A DNA stretch of 64,000 nt from an uncultured Clostridia bacterium (GCA_946566955.1 CAMNXD010000005.1:12044-76043), one strand, 5' to 3'. Positions 38,754 through 48,923 are shown, counted from the first letter of the stretch. Notes: generated by a model not told the origin, from the sequence alone. Numbers and translations are program-made.

Positions 38754-39569
38754 TTATTTTGAGCAGAACCTTATTAAACTATTTAAAGCGGCCGAAAGTT
38801 TATTTTTCATACTAAAATTTATTCCTACAATTTCTCTTTTTATAATTCTAGCCGCCTTCGAAAGCAATTTCTTGTTTTTTTCGTCAAATTTCACGGATTT
38901 TACTTTAATCTTATTTTTATCAATTTTTTTCTTAATTTCGCACCATTTGTATTCAGGAAGGCTCCATAGCGCTAAAAATATATAGTTTTTATTTTTGGGA
39001 TCGGGATCAAGAAGTGAGCTCCATAAATCTCCAATACTTTCTCCTTTAGAATTAATAAAACTTCTAATTGAATTTTCTATAATTAAAACTTCTTCATTAG
39101 ATTTCCGCATCATTTCATTTCCATGACTCATAAAATCACTAGTAGTTTCTGCAAGTTCGCCTGCTAGACTTTTAAATTTTTTTAAAGTTGGTTTATGGTT
39201 CATGGGATTATTTATTTCTTGAATTTTTTTAAATTTGAGCTCAGACATAAACCTTAAATGACCAACACACTTAGAGCACATTTGCAAAAAGATTTTAGCG
39301 TTTTTCTCTTTACAAAATCTTTCAATAAAAGCAGAAAGGTTTTTTAGATGTTCATATGAAGCAAATTCATCGTATGAATCCATAATTTCCAAGCATTCAT
39401 TGAAAGTATTACTTAAGTTCTCCAATTTTTCTTTTAATCCTTTTAAGCTATTTTTTTTTACATCTATATCATTAAAATCGATATCCTCAATTTTTTCATA
39501 AAATTCTTTTTTATTCTTCGTTGATAAAATTTTTGTTTTTACATCTCTGACTTCTTTTAAAAGTGGCAT
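38754..39569 (-). CDS. Orphan helical K/E-rich protein, paralog B
   Basis: 271 aa from the ATG at 39569, 6 nt after AAGGAGGG (the track start at 39641 lacks an SD); NKKEFYEKI motif. Confidence 0.65.
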   Translation of the reverse strand: MPLLKEVRDVKTKILSTKNKKEFYEKIEDIDFNDIDVKKNSLKGLKEKLENLSNTFNECLEIMDSYDEFASYEHLKNLSAFIERFCKEKNAKIFLQMCSKCVGHLRFMSELKFKKIQEINNPMNHKPTLKKFKSLAGELAETTSDFMSHGNEMMRKSNEEVLIIENSIRSFINSKGESIGDLWSSLLDPDPKNKNYIFLALWSLPEYKWCEIKKKIDKNKIKVKSVKFDEKNKKLLSKAARIIKREIVGINFSMKNKLSAALNSLIRFCSK

Positions 39570-39666
39570 AAATAGCCCTCCTTTTTTAAATTTATTTTTG
39601 ATATTTAATTCTTTCTTACACCAACTGCTTAAATTCAGCATTTAAAGTAAATATTATTTGCTGCCA

Positions 39667-40527
39667 TTACTTTTTATTCTCCAACTTTATCTTTGCCAAA
39701 CCTTTTTCTAGTCTTCTTTCTAATGCTTTCAAATCAGAAATTAATAATTTACAACTATCTGAGAATTCCTTTTTCGAAATGTTTTTAAGTGCATGAGTAA
39801 GATTAAAAAGTACTTCACATGCCCCTTCCTCAGAAAGCTCCTTTTTACATAACTCTAAGTTTTCTTCCCAAGATTTAAGATTTTTCTTAACTTCGCCTGA
39901 CAAATGCTTCAGATTTTCAATTTCCTCGAGCTTATTTTCCGACTTTAGTGGGAACGAGCTGCCTTCAACATTTACAGATCTTATAAAATTGTTCAAATAG
40001 GATTTTATGTTTTCTTTTTTAACATTTATAATATCGGACACTGTATTGGAAATTTCTGTTGCTTTATTTTTATTATATTTGATTACTTCATTCTTTTTAT
40101 TTAAAAGACGCAATCCAATTTCGTTTTTTATCTTTTTAGCTAAGGCCTTAAAAAAGGTTTTAATATTCTTGTCATTTTAAACCTCAGGGCTAAGCGTAAG
40201 AAAGCGCCTTTTTGAAGTATCTTCCAGCTTTTTAATTAATGGTTTCAAGTTTTTATTCATATCTTCAATAGTTTCAGAATTGTCTTTCGCGCTTTTAGCA
40301 TGATTTATAAGCTTTTGTATAATTCTTTCGCTCGCTATCTTACTGTGTATATCTAAGCTTAAAGTTGCCTCTCTAGCACCTTCTTTAAGACACTTTATTA
40401 ACTCCCCAAGCCATATTTTGGCTTGCTTTAAAGAGATTTTGTTTTCGTCAATTAATGATGATTGGTTATCTATTTTTTTCACATTGCTCAAGAATTTTTC
40501 TCTTTTTTGTTTTAATTCGTTATTCAT
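39667..40527 (-). pseudogene. Orphan helical protein, paralog A, interrupted by an in-frame TAA (40177-40179). The track lists it as two ORFs.
   Basis: The 116-aa and 169-aa parts are in the same frame, separated by a single TAA. The distal part has no ATG at all and no SD. The joined length (285 aa) matches paralogs B and C. Confidence 0.6.
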
Positions 40528-40566
40528 TATTCTCACCTCATAATTATTTATAAATTTACAAGTTAT

Positions 40567-40594
40567 ATTATATCACATTTTTATTTATAGTCAA
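40567..40594 (-). promoter_or_regulatory. Near-consensus sigma-A promoter of the orphan paralog cluster
   Basis: Minus strand TTGACT, 16 nt spacer, TGaTATAAT; then SD GAGGTGA and ATG at 40527. Confidence 0.65.
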
Positions 40595-40602
40595 TAGTAT
40601 AT

Positions 40603-40640
40603 AAAAACAAACCCAATGTTTTATAAATAACATTGAGTTT
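40603..40640 (-). terminator. Intrinsic terminator after nifU
   Basis: 12-bp stem AAACUCAAUGUU/AACAUUGGGUUU (one G-U pair) followed by GUUUUU. Confidence 0.75.
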
Positions 40641-40655
40641 AAACATAAAATTTAA

Positions 40656-41102
40656 TTAATTTAATTCTTTATAGCAAGCCGCGTTTTCTCCACTGCACCC
40701 TTCTATACGTCCAACAATAGGTATGGGGTCAATTCCGTTTTTTAAATAATAATCCGAGATGGCTGCCTTTATAGCTTGCTCTGCTAAAACAGAGCAATGA
40801 ACCTTAACAGGAGGAAGCCCATCTAGCGCCTCCATGACCGCTTTATTACTCACTTTTAAAGCATCTTCTATAGATTTGCCTTTAATAAGCTCTGTGGCCA
40901 TAGAACTTGTTGCTATAGCGGCTCCGCATCCAAACGTTTTAAATTTTACCTCTTTTATTATTCCCTCCTCTATTTTCAAATACATTTTCATTATGTCCCC
41001 GCATTTAGGATTCCCAACCTCTCCTACTCCATTTGCATCGGCAAGCTCTCCAACATTCCGCGGATTTGCAAAATGATCCATAACCTTTTCACTATAATTC
41101 AT
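40656..41102 (-). CDS. nifU: NifU/IscU-type Fe-S cluster scaffold
   Basis: 148 aa, GNPKCGDIMKMYL...FKTFGCGAAIATSS...VHCSVLA. Confidence 0.9.
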   Translation of the reverse strand: MNYSEKVMDHFANPRNVGELADANGVGEVGNPKCGDIMKMYLKIEEGIIKEVKFKTFGCGAAIATSSMATELIKGKSIEDALKVSNKAVMEALDGLPPVKVHCSVLAEQAIKAAISDYYLKNGIDPIPIVGRIEGCSGENAACYKELN

Positions 41103-41123
41103 ATTTTCACTCCAATATCACAT

Positions 41124-42302
41124 TTATTTACCTTTTATTATCTTCTCCCATAGCGGAGACATTTCCCGTAATCTCTTAACAGCTTTCATGACTTCTTCTA
41201 TAGTATACTCAATTTCTTCATCAGTATTTAAATCGCTAATTGAAAGTCTAAGCGAGCCATGAGCAATTTCATGAGGAAGTCCTATTGCAAGCAAAACATG
41301 ACTCGGATCTAGCGAACCCGAAGTACAAGCTGAACCAGAAGAAGCACATATTCCCGCTGAATCAAGCAAAAGTAAAAGTGATTCTCCTTCTATACCTTCA
41401 AAGCATACATTTACATTCCCAGGAAGTCTATTTTTATCATCTCCATTTAAACGTGACCGCTCAATTTTTAAAAGTCCTGATATAAGCCGATCACGCTTAT
41501 TTTCTATTAGTAGTTTCCTTTCTTCTAGATTCTCCAAAGATTCTTCAACCGCCTTGGCAAGCCCCACTATTCCTGGAACATTTTCTGTGCTAGGTCGTTT
41601 ACTGGATTCCTGCCCGCCCCCTTGCATTAAATTAGAAAGTTTAATTCCCTTCCTGACGTATAAAGCTCCTACACCTTTGGGCCCTCTGAATTTATGAGCA
41701 GAAAAAGAAAGTAAATCAATAAATTCTCTTTTAACGTCTATTTTTAAATGTCCCACCGCTTGAACTGCATCAGTGTGAAATATAACTCCTTTTTCATGGC
41801 ATATTTTCCCTATTTGCTCAATGGGTTGAATAGTTCCAATTTCATTGTTGGCATAAATTATACTCACAAGCGCAGTATTACTCTTTATAGCGTTTTTTAC
41901 ATCCTCAAGATTTACAAATCCTTTTTCATCAACATCTAAATAAGTTACTTCATATCCTTCTTTAGAAAGCTCATTTACGGTGTGAAGTACTGCATGATGC
42001 TCAATTTTAGAGGTTATAATATGGTTTTTCCCTTTTTTAAATCCCGCCTTCATAATTCCTCTAATCGCCCAGTTATCTGATTCAGTTCCACCAGAAGTAA
42101 AAAATACTTCTTTAGCATTAGCTCCTATTAATGCCGCAACTTTTTCTCTAGCTTCTTCTACTTTAGCTTTAGCTTTCCTCCCTAGTCCATAGATACTCGA
42201 AGGATTTCCGAACTCTTCTTTAAAAAAATTCATCATAACACCAAGTACGCTAGGGCTTAATGAAGTTGTAGCTGCATTATCCATATAAATAGGTTTTTTC
42301 AT
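41124..42302 (-). CDS. nifS: NifS-type cysteine desulfurase
   Basis: IYMDNAATT..., [20 protein letters not shown]. The start is set at MKKPIYMD (42302); the upstream GTG at 42350 is possible. Confidence 0.88.
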   Translation of the reverse strand: MKKPIYMDNAATTSLSPSVLGVMMNFFKEEFGNPSSIYGLGRKAKAKVEEAREKVAALIGANAKEVFFTSGGTESDNWAIRGIMKAGFKKGKNHIITSKIEHHAVLHTVNELSKEGYEVTYLDVDEKGFVNLEDVKNAIKSNTALVSIIYANNEIGTIQPIEQIGKICHEKGVIFHTDAVQAVGHLKIDVKREFIDLLSFSAHKFRGPKGVGALYVRKGIKLSNLMQGGGQESSKRPSTENVPGIVGLAKAVEESLENLEERKLLIENKRDRLISGLLKIERSRLNGDDKNRLPGNVNVCFEGIEGESLLLLLDSAGICASSGSACTSGSLDPSHVLLAIGLPHEIAHGSLRLSISDLNTDEEIEYTIEEVMKAVKRLREMSPLWEKIIKGK

Positions 42303-42352
42303 AAAGCTTTGAAAAGTCTTGCACTTACAAGTCTTTTCTCGGTTCACCACCT

Positions 42353-43714
42353 TTAAAATTCTATTCTACTTTGAATATATTCTCTTAAAGCTTCGATGCT
42401 TACTCTCTCTTGATTCATACTATCTCTTTCACGTACAGTAACACAATTATCATTTTGACTCTCAAAATCGTAAGTTATGCAAAAAGGTGTTCCTATTTCA
42501 TCTTGACGACGATATCTTTTTCCAATTGAACCTGAGGAATCAAAGTCTACCATGAAATATTTAGAAAGCTTGGCTTTAATATCTTTAGCTTCTTTCTCTA
42601 GCTTTTTTGAAAGAGGCAATACGCAAGCCTTGTAAGGTGCTAAAGCAGGATGAAACTTAAGAACTACTCTTTTATCACCTTCGTTTAACTGCTCTTCAGT
42701 ATATGCGCTACAAAGAAAAGCCAGTGCTGCTCTATCTGCTCCCAGAGAAGGCTCAATGACGTATGGAATAAATCTTTTTCCACTTTCAGCGTCGAAATAT
42801 TCTAAATTTTTACCAGAATAACTTTGATGCTGTTTTAAATCAAAATCTGTCCTATCTGCAATACCCCAAAGTTCACCCCATCCAAACGGGAACATATATT
42901 CTATATCAGAAGTTGCCGAAGAGTAATGGCAAAGTTCTTCGGGTGAGTGATCTCTAATTCTTATATTTTCCCTCTTGATTCCTAAGTCCAAAAGCCATTT
43001 TTTAGAAAATTCCTTCCAAAAATTAAACCACTCTATATCCGACCCAGGATTACAAAAAAATTCCAGCTCCATTTGTTCGAATTCTCTAGTGCGGAAAGTA
43101 AAGTTGCCTGGAGTTATTTCATTTCTAAATGACTTTCCAATCTGAGCTATTCCAAAAGGAAGCTTTTTTCTCATGCTACGTTGTACACTGGCAAAATTTA
43201 CAAATATCCCTTGTGCTGTTTCAGGACGTAAAAATATTTCGTTTTTACTTTCCTCTGTAACTCCTTGAAAAGTTTTAAACATAAGATTAAATTTTCTAAT
43301 GCCTGTAAAGTCCCGCTTTCCGCAGCTCGGACAAGCTATATTATTTTTTGATATATACTCTTCCATTTGCTTAAAACTCAGTCCACTAGCAGCTGCTCCG
43401 CTGTCTTCTATAAGCTTATCAGCACGAAATCTCATTTTGCAAGATTTGCAGTCCATAAGGGGATCAGAAAATCCGCCAATATGTCCCGAAGCTTCCCAAA
43501 CTCTTGGATTCATAAGTATTGCTGAATCGAGCAAAACATTATAATCACTTTCTTGCACAAACTTTTTTATCCAAGCTTTTTTAATATTATTTTTAAGCTC
43601 TACCCCTAAGGGACCATAATCCCAAGTATTTGAAAGTCCGCCATAAATATCGGACCCCGGAAATATAAATCCTCTGCTTTTGCAAAGAGTAGTAATAGCG
43701 TCCATACTAACCAT
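42353..43714 (-). CDS. glyQS: Glycyl-tRNA synthetase (alpha2 type)
   Basis: [24 protein letters not shown]...; start at the ATG at 43714 behind GGAAGGGA. Confidence 0.9.
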   Translation of the reverse strand: MVSMDAITTLCKSRGFIFPGSDIYGGLSNTWDYGPLGVELKNNIKKAWIKKFVQESDYNVLLDSAILMNPRVWEASGHIGGFSDPLMDCKSCKMRFRADKLIEDSGAAASGLSFKQMEEYISKNNIACPSCGKRDFTGIRKFNLMFKTFQGVTEESKNEIFLRPETAQGIFVNFASVQRSMRKKLPFGIAQIGKSFRNEITPGNFTFRTREFEQMELEFFCNPGSDIEWFNFWKEFSKKWLLDLGIKRENIRIRDHSPEELCHYSSATSDIEYMFPFGWGELWGIADRTDFDLKQHQSYSGKNLEYFDAESGKRFIPYVIEPSLGADRAALAFLCSAYTEEQLNEGDKRVVLKFHPALAPYKACVLPLSKKLEKEAKDIKAKLSKYFMVDFDSSGSIGKRYRRQDEIGTPFCITYDFESQNDNCVTVRERDSMNQERVSIEALREYIQSRIEF

Positions 43715-43748
43715 AAAAACATATCCCTTCCGTAAAAATGCAGAAAAA

Positions 43749-44264
43749 TCAGCTGACTTTTTCTGCATACTGATTTTCTGAACTAAGACTCACTCCTAAA
43801 ATTCTATCATATTTTAATGTTGAATTGGGAATAAATCTTCCGTATTTAATTATAATGTTATCTAATTCCTTAAAAGCTTCAATTTCTTTTTTTATTTCAC
43901 TCGGATAATATCCTGTATAAATCACAAAATCATCAGAGCAGCCAGAGCCTCTAAAATACTTAATTAAATTAAAAATTTCTTTAAATTGCAGCATGGGTTC
44001 AAGTCCACCGATGATTATAGCCTGCGTAAGAGGATTAGAAATATATCTTTTGTAAATATTTTTTATCTCTAAGCATTTGTTTGGTAAATTGCATACCTGC
44101 ATGTTCTGACATATTTTTATGTCCATACTAAGTTCACGAAGGCACTTAAAGTCACATGATATAGCCGAAATAAACATAGAAGGTTTTTTGTAATCCTGAA
44201 AGTTTTCATCCACTATATCCTTAAGGCGTATACGCTGGTCTCCTAAAATTTTAGCGTTATTCAT
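43749..44264 (-). CDS. nrdG: NrdG-like activase of anaerobic ribonucleotide reductase (divergent; no canonical CxxxCxxC spacing)
   Basis: 171 aa overlapping the nrdD stop; GGLEP SAM motif; Cys pattern C-x3-C-x11-C-x5-C. Confidence 0.65.
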   Translation of the reverse strand: MNNAKILGDQRIRLKDIVDENFQDYKKPSMFISAISCDFKCLRELSMDIKICQNMQVCNLPNKCLEIKNIYKRYISNPLTQAIIIGGLEPMLQFKEIFNLIKYFRGSGCSDDFVIYTGYYPSEIKKEIEAFKELDNIIIKYGRFIPNSTLKYDRILGVSLSSENQYAEKVS

Positions 44265-46164
44265 TTAAGCTAAACCACTTTCTTTTTTCAAACTCTTGCT
44301 TACGTTCTCTGCTATACGCCGAAACAGGAACTAAAAATCCTACTACTCTTGAATAAGTGTCTACAGGCTCTTTACCGCACTTAGGACATTTTTTTGAAAA
44401 AAATGCATGTTCATCTTTACAAACAGATATCTTGCAATTATATGCAAAGTAAATTACTCCCGCTTTCGCAACATGATTTAAAAGTTCCCATGCTTGCTCT
44501 TCACTTGCAAATCTACCTGCAAGATTTATATGTGAGATTTGTCCGCCGCCGCATTCTCTGTCGAGCTTCGCCCCAAGCTTTATTTTTTCATTTAAAGTAC
44601 ATTTCTCCATTAGAGGAATCCACTGGTTAGAATATATAAAGTACTGATCTTTATCCGGATATAAAATACTATCCTTACTACTTAGCACGACGTTGGCTCT
44701 TTCTGCCGGTACAGCTTCCACGTTTATACTGTAGTCAAACTCATATGAATCCTTTTGTTGATTTATAACTCCAAGTATCTTAGTTGCAAAATCGAGCGCT
44801 TCCTCAGTATAAAACTTATTTTCGAACTCATCTGTGCCAATCAAACCAAATTCGTAAAGTGCTTCATACATCGCAGTTATTCCAATAGTATTATACTGCT
44901 TTTCAAGCTCAATTAATCCTGATGTATAATTAGGCAAAAGCCCCCTTTCAATATTTTGCTTTATTACATCCCGCACAACATCTAGAACTTTAATGCAAAT
45001 ATCTAATCTATACTTCAAGATTTCAATAAAGCGCTCTTTGCTTCCATTCGCTTCTATTGCAATACGTCTTAGATTAATGGTATTTACTTGAACACTGCCA
45101 ATTGAAAGCGAGGTCCCCCCAACTGAATTTATAAATGCGTCAAGCTTAGAAGTATTGGAAATAAGTCTGCAGCAGTTTGAAAGACTAGTAACGTCATTAC
45201 CAACATAGAAATTGCTATCGTACCACTTAGTGTTATGCTTGTTGCACCACCGAGCAAATTCTTCGTCAACAAATTTACCGTCTTGAAATAAAAGTGAATA
45301 AGTAAGAACTGGAAAAGTCATCATAGTTTCTTCGCGCGTCTGAGAAACAACTTCCATAAACACCTTTTGATGCTCTATTATTCCTTCGATGTGGTCAATA
45401 ACGTATTCTCCATTAGGGAACTCTCTTCCTCCAAAAAGTTCTATTAAATAATTTCTATCCATTACTGTGATATTCGAAAATGCGCACTCAGTCACTCTGA
45501 GGTAAGGCTGATTAAGGTCATATACAAATTTTTGAAAGCACTGTCTGCGATAGTACTCAGGGTCTTTAAGGTAAAAACCATTTTTCACGTCATTATACCA
45601 AAAATAGTAAGAGTAAAGTAGATAACTCGGCAGTCCCACTGCTCCACTACTTCTATTAGCTGTCCAGCTTATAAACTCCAAAACATGATCGTTAAAAGTA
45701 GTTAAGTGCTGGCAAGGAGCGGTTTTAAACTTGTTTATAAAGTAAAGACCTTTCTCAACAACCTTGTCTAAATCATAAGCATAGCAGTAAGGCAAAAAGG
45801 ATGCTGTAGAGGAATTATGTAAATAAAATTCTCCATTCCATTCTCCTTCTAGCCACTTACAAGCTAAATCTTCACCATATTTTTTTGTTAGTTCCTTAAA
45901 TATTTTATTATAAGATAAAAGCTTATTATGAGGCTTTACCATATCTGAAAGAAGAGTGCGAATATCCAAAGTAGTACTATTAGCATTAGCATCTATAGTA
46001 GTATCAGCTACACTGCTAGACTTAACAAAATTATCTATAAAATCTGTAAAATTCAAATTGGAATTATCAAAGCCATTCATGAGCGAAAATTTTTCGCCAT
46101 ACTTTTCTCTCAAATTTTTTAATTGATTAGAAAATAGCTCGAAAAGTTTTAAATTAATTTGCAT
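44257..46164 (-). CDS. nrdD: Anaerobic (class III) ribonucleoside-triphosphate reductase
   Basis: 635 aa; C-terminal Zn ribbon CKDEHAFFSKKCPKCG and glycyl-radical motif SRVVGF. Confidence 0.88.
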   Translation of the reverse strand: MQINLKLFELFSNQLKNLREKYGEKFSLMNGFDNSNLNFTDFIDNFVKSSSVADTTIDANANSTTLDIRTLLSDMVKPHNKLLSYNKIFKELTKKYGEDLACKWLEGEWNGEFYLHNSSTASFLPYCYAYDLDKVVEKGLYFINKFKTAPCQHLTTFNDHVLEFISWTANRSSGAVGLPSYLLYSYYFWYNDVKNGFYLKDPEYYRRQCFQKFVYDLNQPYLRVTECAFSNITVMDRNYLIELFGGREFPNGEYVIDHIEGIIEHQKVFMEVVSQTREETMMTFPVLTYSLLFQDGKFVDEEFARWCNKHNTKWYDSNFYVGNDVTSLSNCCRLISNTSKLDAFINSVGGTSLSIGSVQVNTINLRRIAIEANGSKERFIEILKYRLDICIKVLDVVRDVIKQNIERGLLPNYTSGLIELEKQYNTIGITAMYEALYEFGLIGTDEFENKFYTEEALDFATKILGVINQQKDSYEFDYSINVEAVPAERANVVLSSKDSILYPDKDQYFIYSNQWIPLMEKCTLNEKIKLGAKLDRECGGGQISHINLAGRFASEEQAWELLNHVAKAGVIYFAYNCKISVCKDEHAFFSKKCPKCGKEPVDTYSRVVGFLVPVSAYSRERKQEFEKRKWFSLNE

Positions 46165-46375
46165 TAGATTTCCCCCTATTATTTATCCAATCATTTGCAT
46201 CTTTAAAATCCATGATAGTTTCATTTACTTGCAAAATTGGAAAAGTTTGATACCCAAGCGATACAAGCTTTTGTTCGTCACTGGTTTCTATAAAACTTAC
46301 TGCTTTTTCTTCAAGTTTCTTTTTTATTACTCTACATTTCGGACATCCATTGCTGTAAAGTATAACATCTTCCAT
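46154..46375 (-). CDS. Glutaredoxin/NrdH-like small redoxin
   Basis: 73 aa; active-site CPKC at residues 11-14; overlaps the nrdD start. Confidence 0.75.
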   Translation of the reverse strand: MEDVILYSNGCPKCRVIKKKLEEKAVSFIETSDEQKLVSLGYQTFPILQVNETIMDFKDANDWINNRGKSNAN

Positions 46376-46557
46376 TAATTAAGACTCCTTTGCAAAAAAT
46401 CAAGCAAAAAAAATAGTTCAGCACCCTCAACAGATTACTTATAACCTTGGGGTATGAAACAAAATTTAAATCTCCCTAAAGTCTAGGATAACTCCATCTC
46501 CTCCAGTTTGAATTTATTTAATTAAATATTTTTAAGCTAATGTGCAGCGCACCTGCA

Positions 46558-46605
46558 ACCACATATTTAGTGGAACAGGTGGTATTTTAGCACTGTATAT
46601 AGCGT
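46558..46605 (-). promoter_or_regulatory. Two NrdR-box-like palindromes upstream of the nrd operon
   Basis: ACCACATATTTAGTGG and GCACTGTATATAGCGT, with centres about 32 bp apart. This resembles the tandem NrdR operator arrangement (consensus recalled as acaCwAtATaTwGtgt). Confidence 0.45.
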
Positions 46606-46712
46606 GTGTCAAGAGAAAAAATATATATCCACATTCTGCATAATAACTTCCACAGAATTCAAGCTCAACTATATATTAGATTCAAGACCTAAAAAAATCC
46701 AAAATATATTTT

Positions 46713-48323
46713 TTACCCCTTACTTACTACTATAACTATTTCTGACCCATAGCTTACTAAATCTCCAGCTTGGTAACTTTGATATCTAATGACCGTCCCT
46801 GATGGGAATTTACTGCTACTTTCTCCAACTTGACTGGGCTTAAATTTAGCTTCAGTTAAAATTAAAGATGCTTCCGCAAGAGACTTCCCTATTATACTTG
46901 GTAAAGCTCTTTTTTCTGGACCTTTACTTACATTAACCGCTATCGTAGACCCTATATACATCTCTTCGCCATAAGCCGGGGTTTGGGAAATAATACAGCC
47001 CTCTTCGATAGAATCATGAAATTCTTCTGAAAGAACTACCACGCTATATGGATTTTCAGAAGTCGAGCCGTTTTGTGCAGCATTAACAGTCTTACCTACA
47101 AGTTGAGGAGTCTCCACTTTACTTGCCTCGGTTTCTTCTGGAACTTCATTTGAAAGTAAAACGGGAGAATTTAAAGATTCTTCAAGAGTATTATCTAAAG
47201 ACGAATTTTTTTCTTTAATCCAAAACCAGTAGATTCCAAAGCATGTTATTAGAAGTAAAAGTGCAGTCACAAAAGAAATAATTCCCCAGCGTTTATCGTC
47301 AGGATAGCTCTTATTAGCCGGAATTTTACACGTAAATTTATTTTGATTATTATAAATGTCCTTGACCTTTAGCACAGGAGAATTAGAAAGCTCTATTCTC
47401 AACGTTTCAAACGAGAGAGTTCTACTGTTAGGGTAAACCCTTAAGGCGTTAGCAAGTGCAGCTACTACGTTTTCAGGTAATTCCTTAAGAATATTTGACG
47501 GCACGAGAAGCTTATCTTTCTTTTTACGCTCCAAAGCACACGGTACATATTCACCTATCAAAGTAAAAAATAAAGACGCCGCATATCCATAAACATCTGT
47601 GCATTCAGAAATTTCTGCGTTTGCAATATACTGTTCAAGTGCTGAACATCCTTCGTTTAATTCACTTGTAAGCAGTGAACCTGTAGTTTTAGAATTTTTT
47701 GTTGTAAATCCAGTAAGTTTTATTTTATTTTCTTTAGTTACAATCATATTTCCTGGGGTTATTCCTAAATGATAAATCTTAGCCGAAGCCATTTTACTTA
47801 AAGAAGAAAGAAGAGGCATAAAAAGTACTCTTGCTTCTTTCCATTGCAATGCTCCTCCTTTTTGACTTAAATATTCATCTAAAAACATTCCTTCTATCCA
47901 TTCTATAATAACGTATATACTGCTATTTTGTTCTAAAATATCGTAAACTGCTGCTAAAGCAGGAAGCTGCCGCAGCCTAGCAATACATCTAAAATATTTA
48001 AGAAAATCATCATAAAGAATTTTTATATTTACTTCAGCATTAACTGCACCACTGGGTTTTAAACAACCTTTTTCATCTCGAACACAAAATTCCTGGGGGA
48101 AAAATTCCCTCACGTATACTTTTTGCCTTTTTATAAAATCGTACCCAATATAACTTAATCCTTCGGCATCCTTCTTTAAGCCTTTACCAATAATATATCG
48201 CTGACCTATTAAAGTTTTTGTGGATATAAATGGTTTCGGTTGATTAGTTTCTACGTTTTCACCGCAGTTAGGACACACTCCGTCCTTTAGCTCTTCCATA
48301 CAGTTCATACATACGTTTAACAT
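46713..48323 (-). CDS. Zn-ribbon + kinase-like (pseudokinase) + TM + PASTA-repeat membrane protein
   Basis: N-terminal CMNC...CPNC; HLGITPGN in place of HRDxKxxN and TGF in place of DFG; one TM; C-terminal PASTA-like repeats. Confidence 0.75.
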   Translation of the reverse strand: MLNVCMNCMEELKDGVCPNCGENVETNQPKPFISTKTLIGQRYIIGKGLKKDAEGLSYIGYDFIKRQKVYVREFFPQEFCVRDEKGCLKPSGAVNAEVNIKILYDDFLKYFRCIARLRQLPALAAVYDILEQNSSIYVIIEWIEGMFLDEYLSQKGGALQWKEARVLFMPLLSSLSKMASAKIYHLGITPGNMIVTKENKIKLTGFTTKNSKTTGSLLTSELNEGCSALEQYIANAEISECTDVYGYAASLFFTLIGEYVPCALERKKKDKLLVPSNILKELPENVVAALANALRVYPNSRTLSFETLRIELSNSPVLKVKDIYNNQNKFTCKIPANKSYPDDKRWGIISFVTALLLLITCFGIYWFWIKEKNSSLDNTLEESLNSPVLLSNEVPEETEASKVETPQLVGKTVNAAQNGSTSENPYSVVVLSEEFHDSIEEGCIISQTPAYGEEMYIGSTIAVNVSKGPEKRALPSIIGKSLAEASLILTEAKFKPSQVGESSSKFPSGTVIRYQSYQAGDLVSYGSEIVIVVSKG

Positions 48324-48353
48324 AACTCTTTGCCCCCTTAAACAACTCTTATA

Positions 48354-48923
48354 TCAAATATTACTGTTTAAATTGCTTACAATAGTTTCTATTTTATTTT
48401 TACTTTTTATATAAAATTTGTCAATATCTAAATTTTTGCTGTCAGTGCCCATTAAGATAAACTTTTCATACATCTGCGCATTTAAAACTTTTAAAATCGG
48501 TGAAATTTGAGCATAAATAACTGGCCAGTAATCTATTTTTTCTGAGCCTTGGGTAAGCAAAATCACAACTGATTTTTTTTTAAATGAATAAACTTGAGGA
48601 TAATTTCTCGCAAAATAAAATCTTTGTAAGCGATCAAATATAGCTTTAAGAGGTGCCGGAAAAGAAGCATTATATATAGGAGAGGCAATAATGAGCAGAT
48701 CGCTTGAAATTAAGTGACAATTTACCGATTCCATATCTTTAAAAATGCAAGCGTAATTCTTTAGGCAGTACTTGCACGCTATACAGGGATTTACATTTTG
48801 TTTATACGCATCTACTATATGCACGGAGTAATTAGGCAAAAATTTAAGGAAATACTTCAACAGCTTTGAAGTATATCCCTGCTTATTAGGTGATCCAAAT
48901 AATACACTCGCATTTTTCATCAT
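48354..48923 (-). CDS. Flavodoxin-like / NAD(P)H-dependent FMN reductase family protein with a Cys cluster
   Basis: 189 aa, VLFGSPNKQGYT...CIACKYC...ASPIYNASFPAPLK. Confidence 0.7.
   Translation of the reverse strand: MMKNASVLFGSPNKQGYTSKLLKYFLKFLPNYSVHIVDAYKQNVNPCIACKYCLKNYACIFKDMESVNCHLISSDLLIIASPIYNASFPAPLKAIFDRLQRFYFARNYPQVYSFKKKSVVILLTQGSEKIDYWPVIYAQISPILKVLNAQMYEKFILMGTDSKNLDIDKFYIKSKNKIETIVSNLNSNI

Noticed and set aside
40405-40413. W-L-G at residues 39-41 of paralog A, which could suggest a WXG100/type VII secretion substrate
   Set aside because: The motif sits in what looks like a continuous helix (AKIWLGELIK). The full gene is about 285 aa rather than about 100 aa. No EssC/EsaA-type machinery is nearby. 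A three-residue match is too weak.
40656-42302. nifS/nifU, and the Nif11-type leader at 22165, as signs of nitrogen fixation
   Set aside because: NifS/NifU-type pairs are the housekeeping Fe-S assembly system in clostridia, and Nif11-like leaders are export signals. No nitrogenase genes are present.
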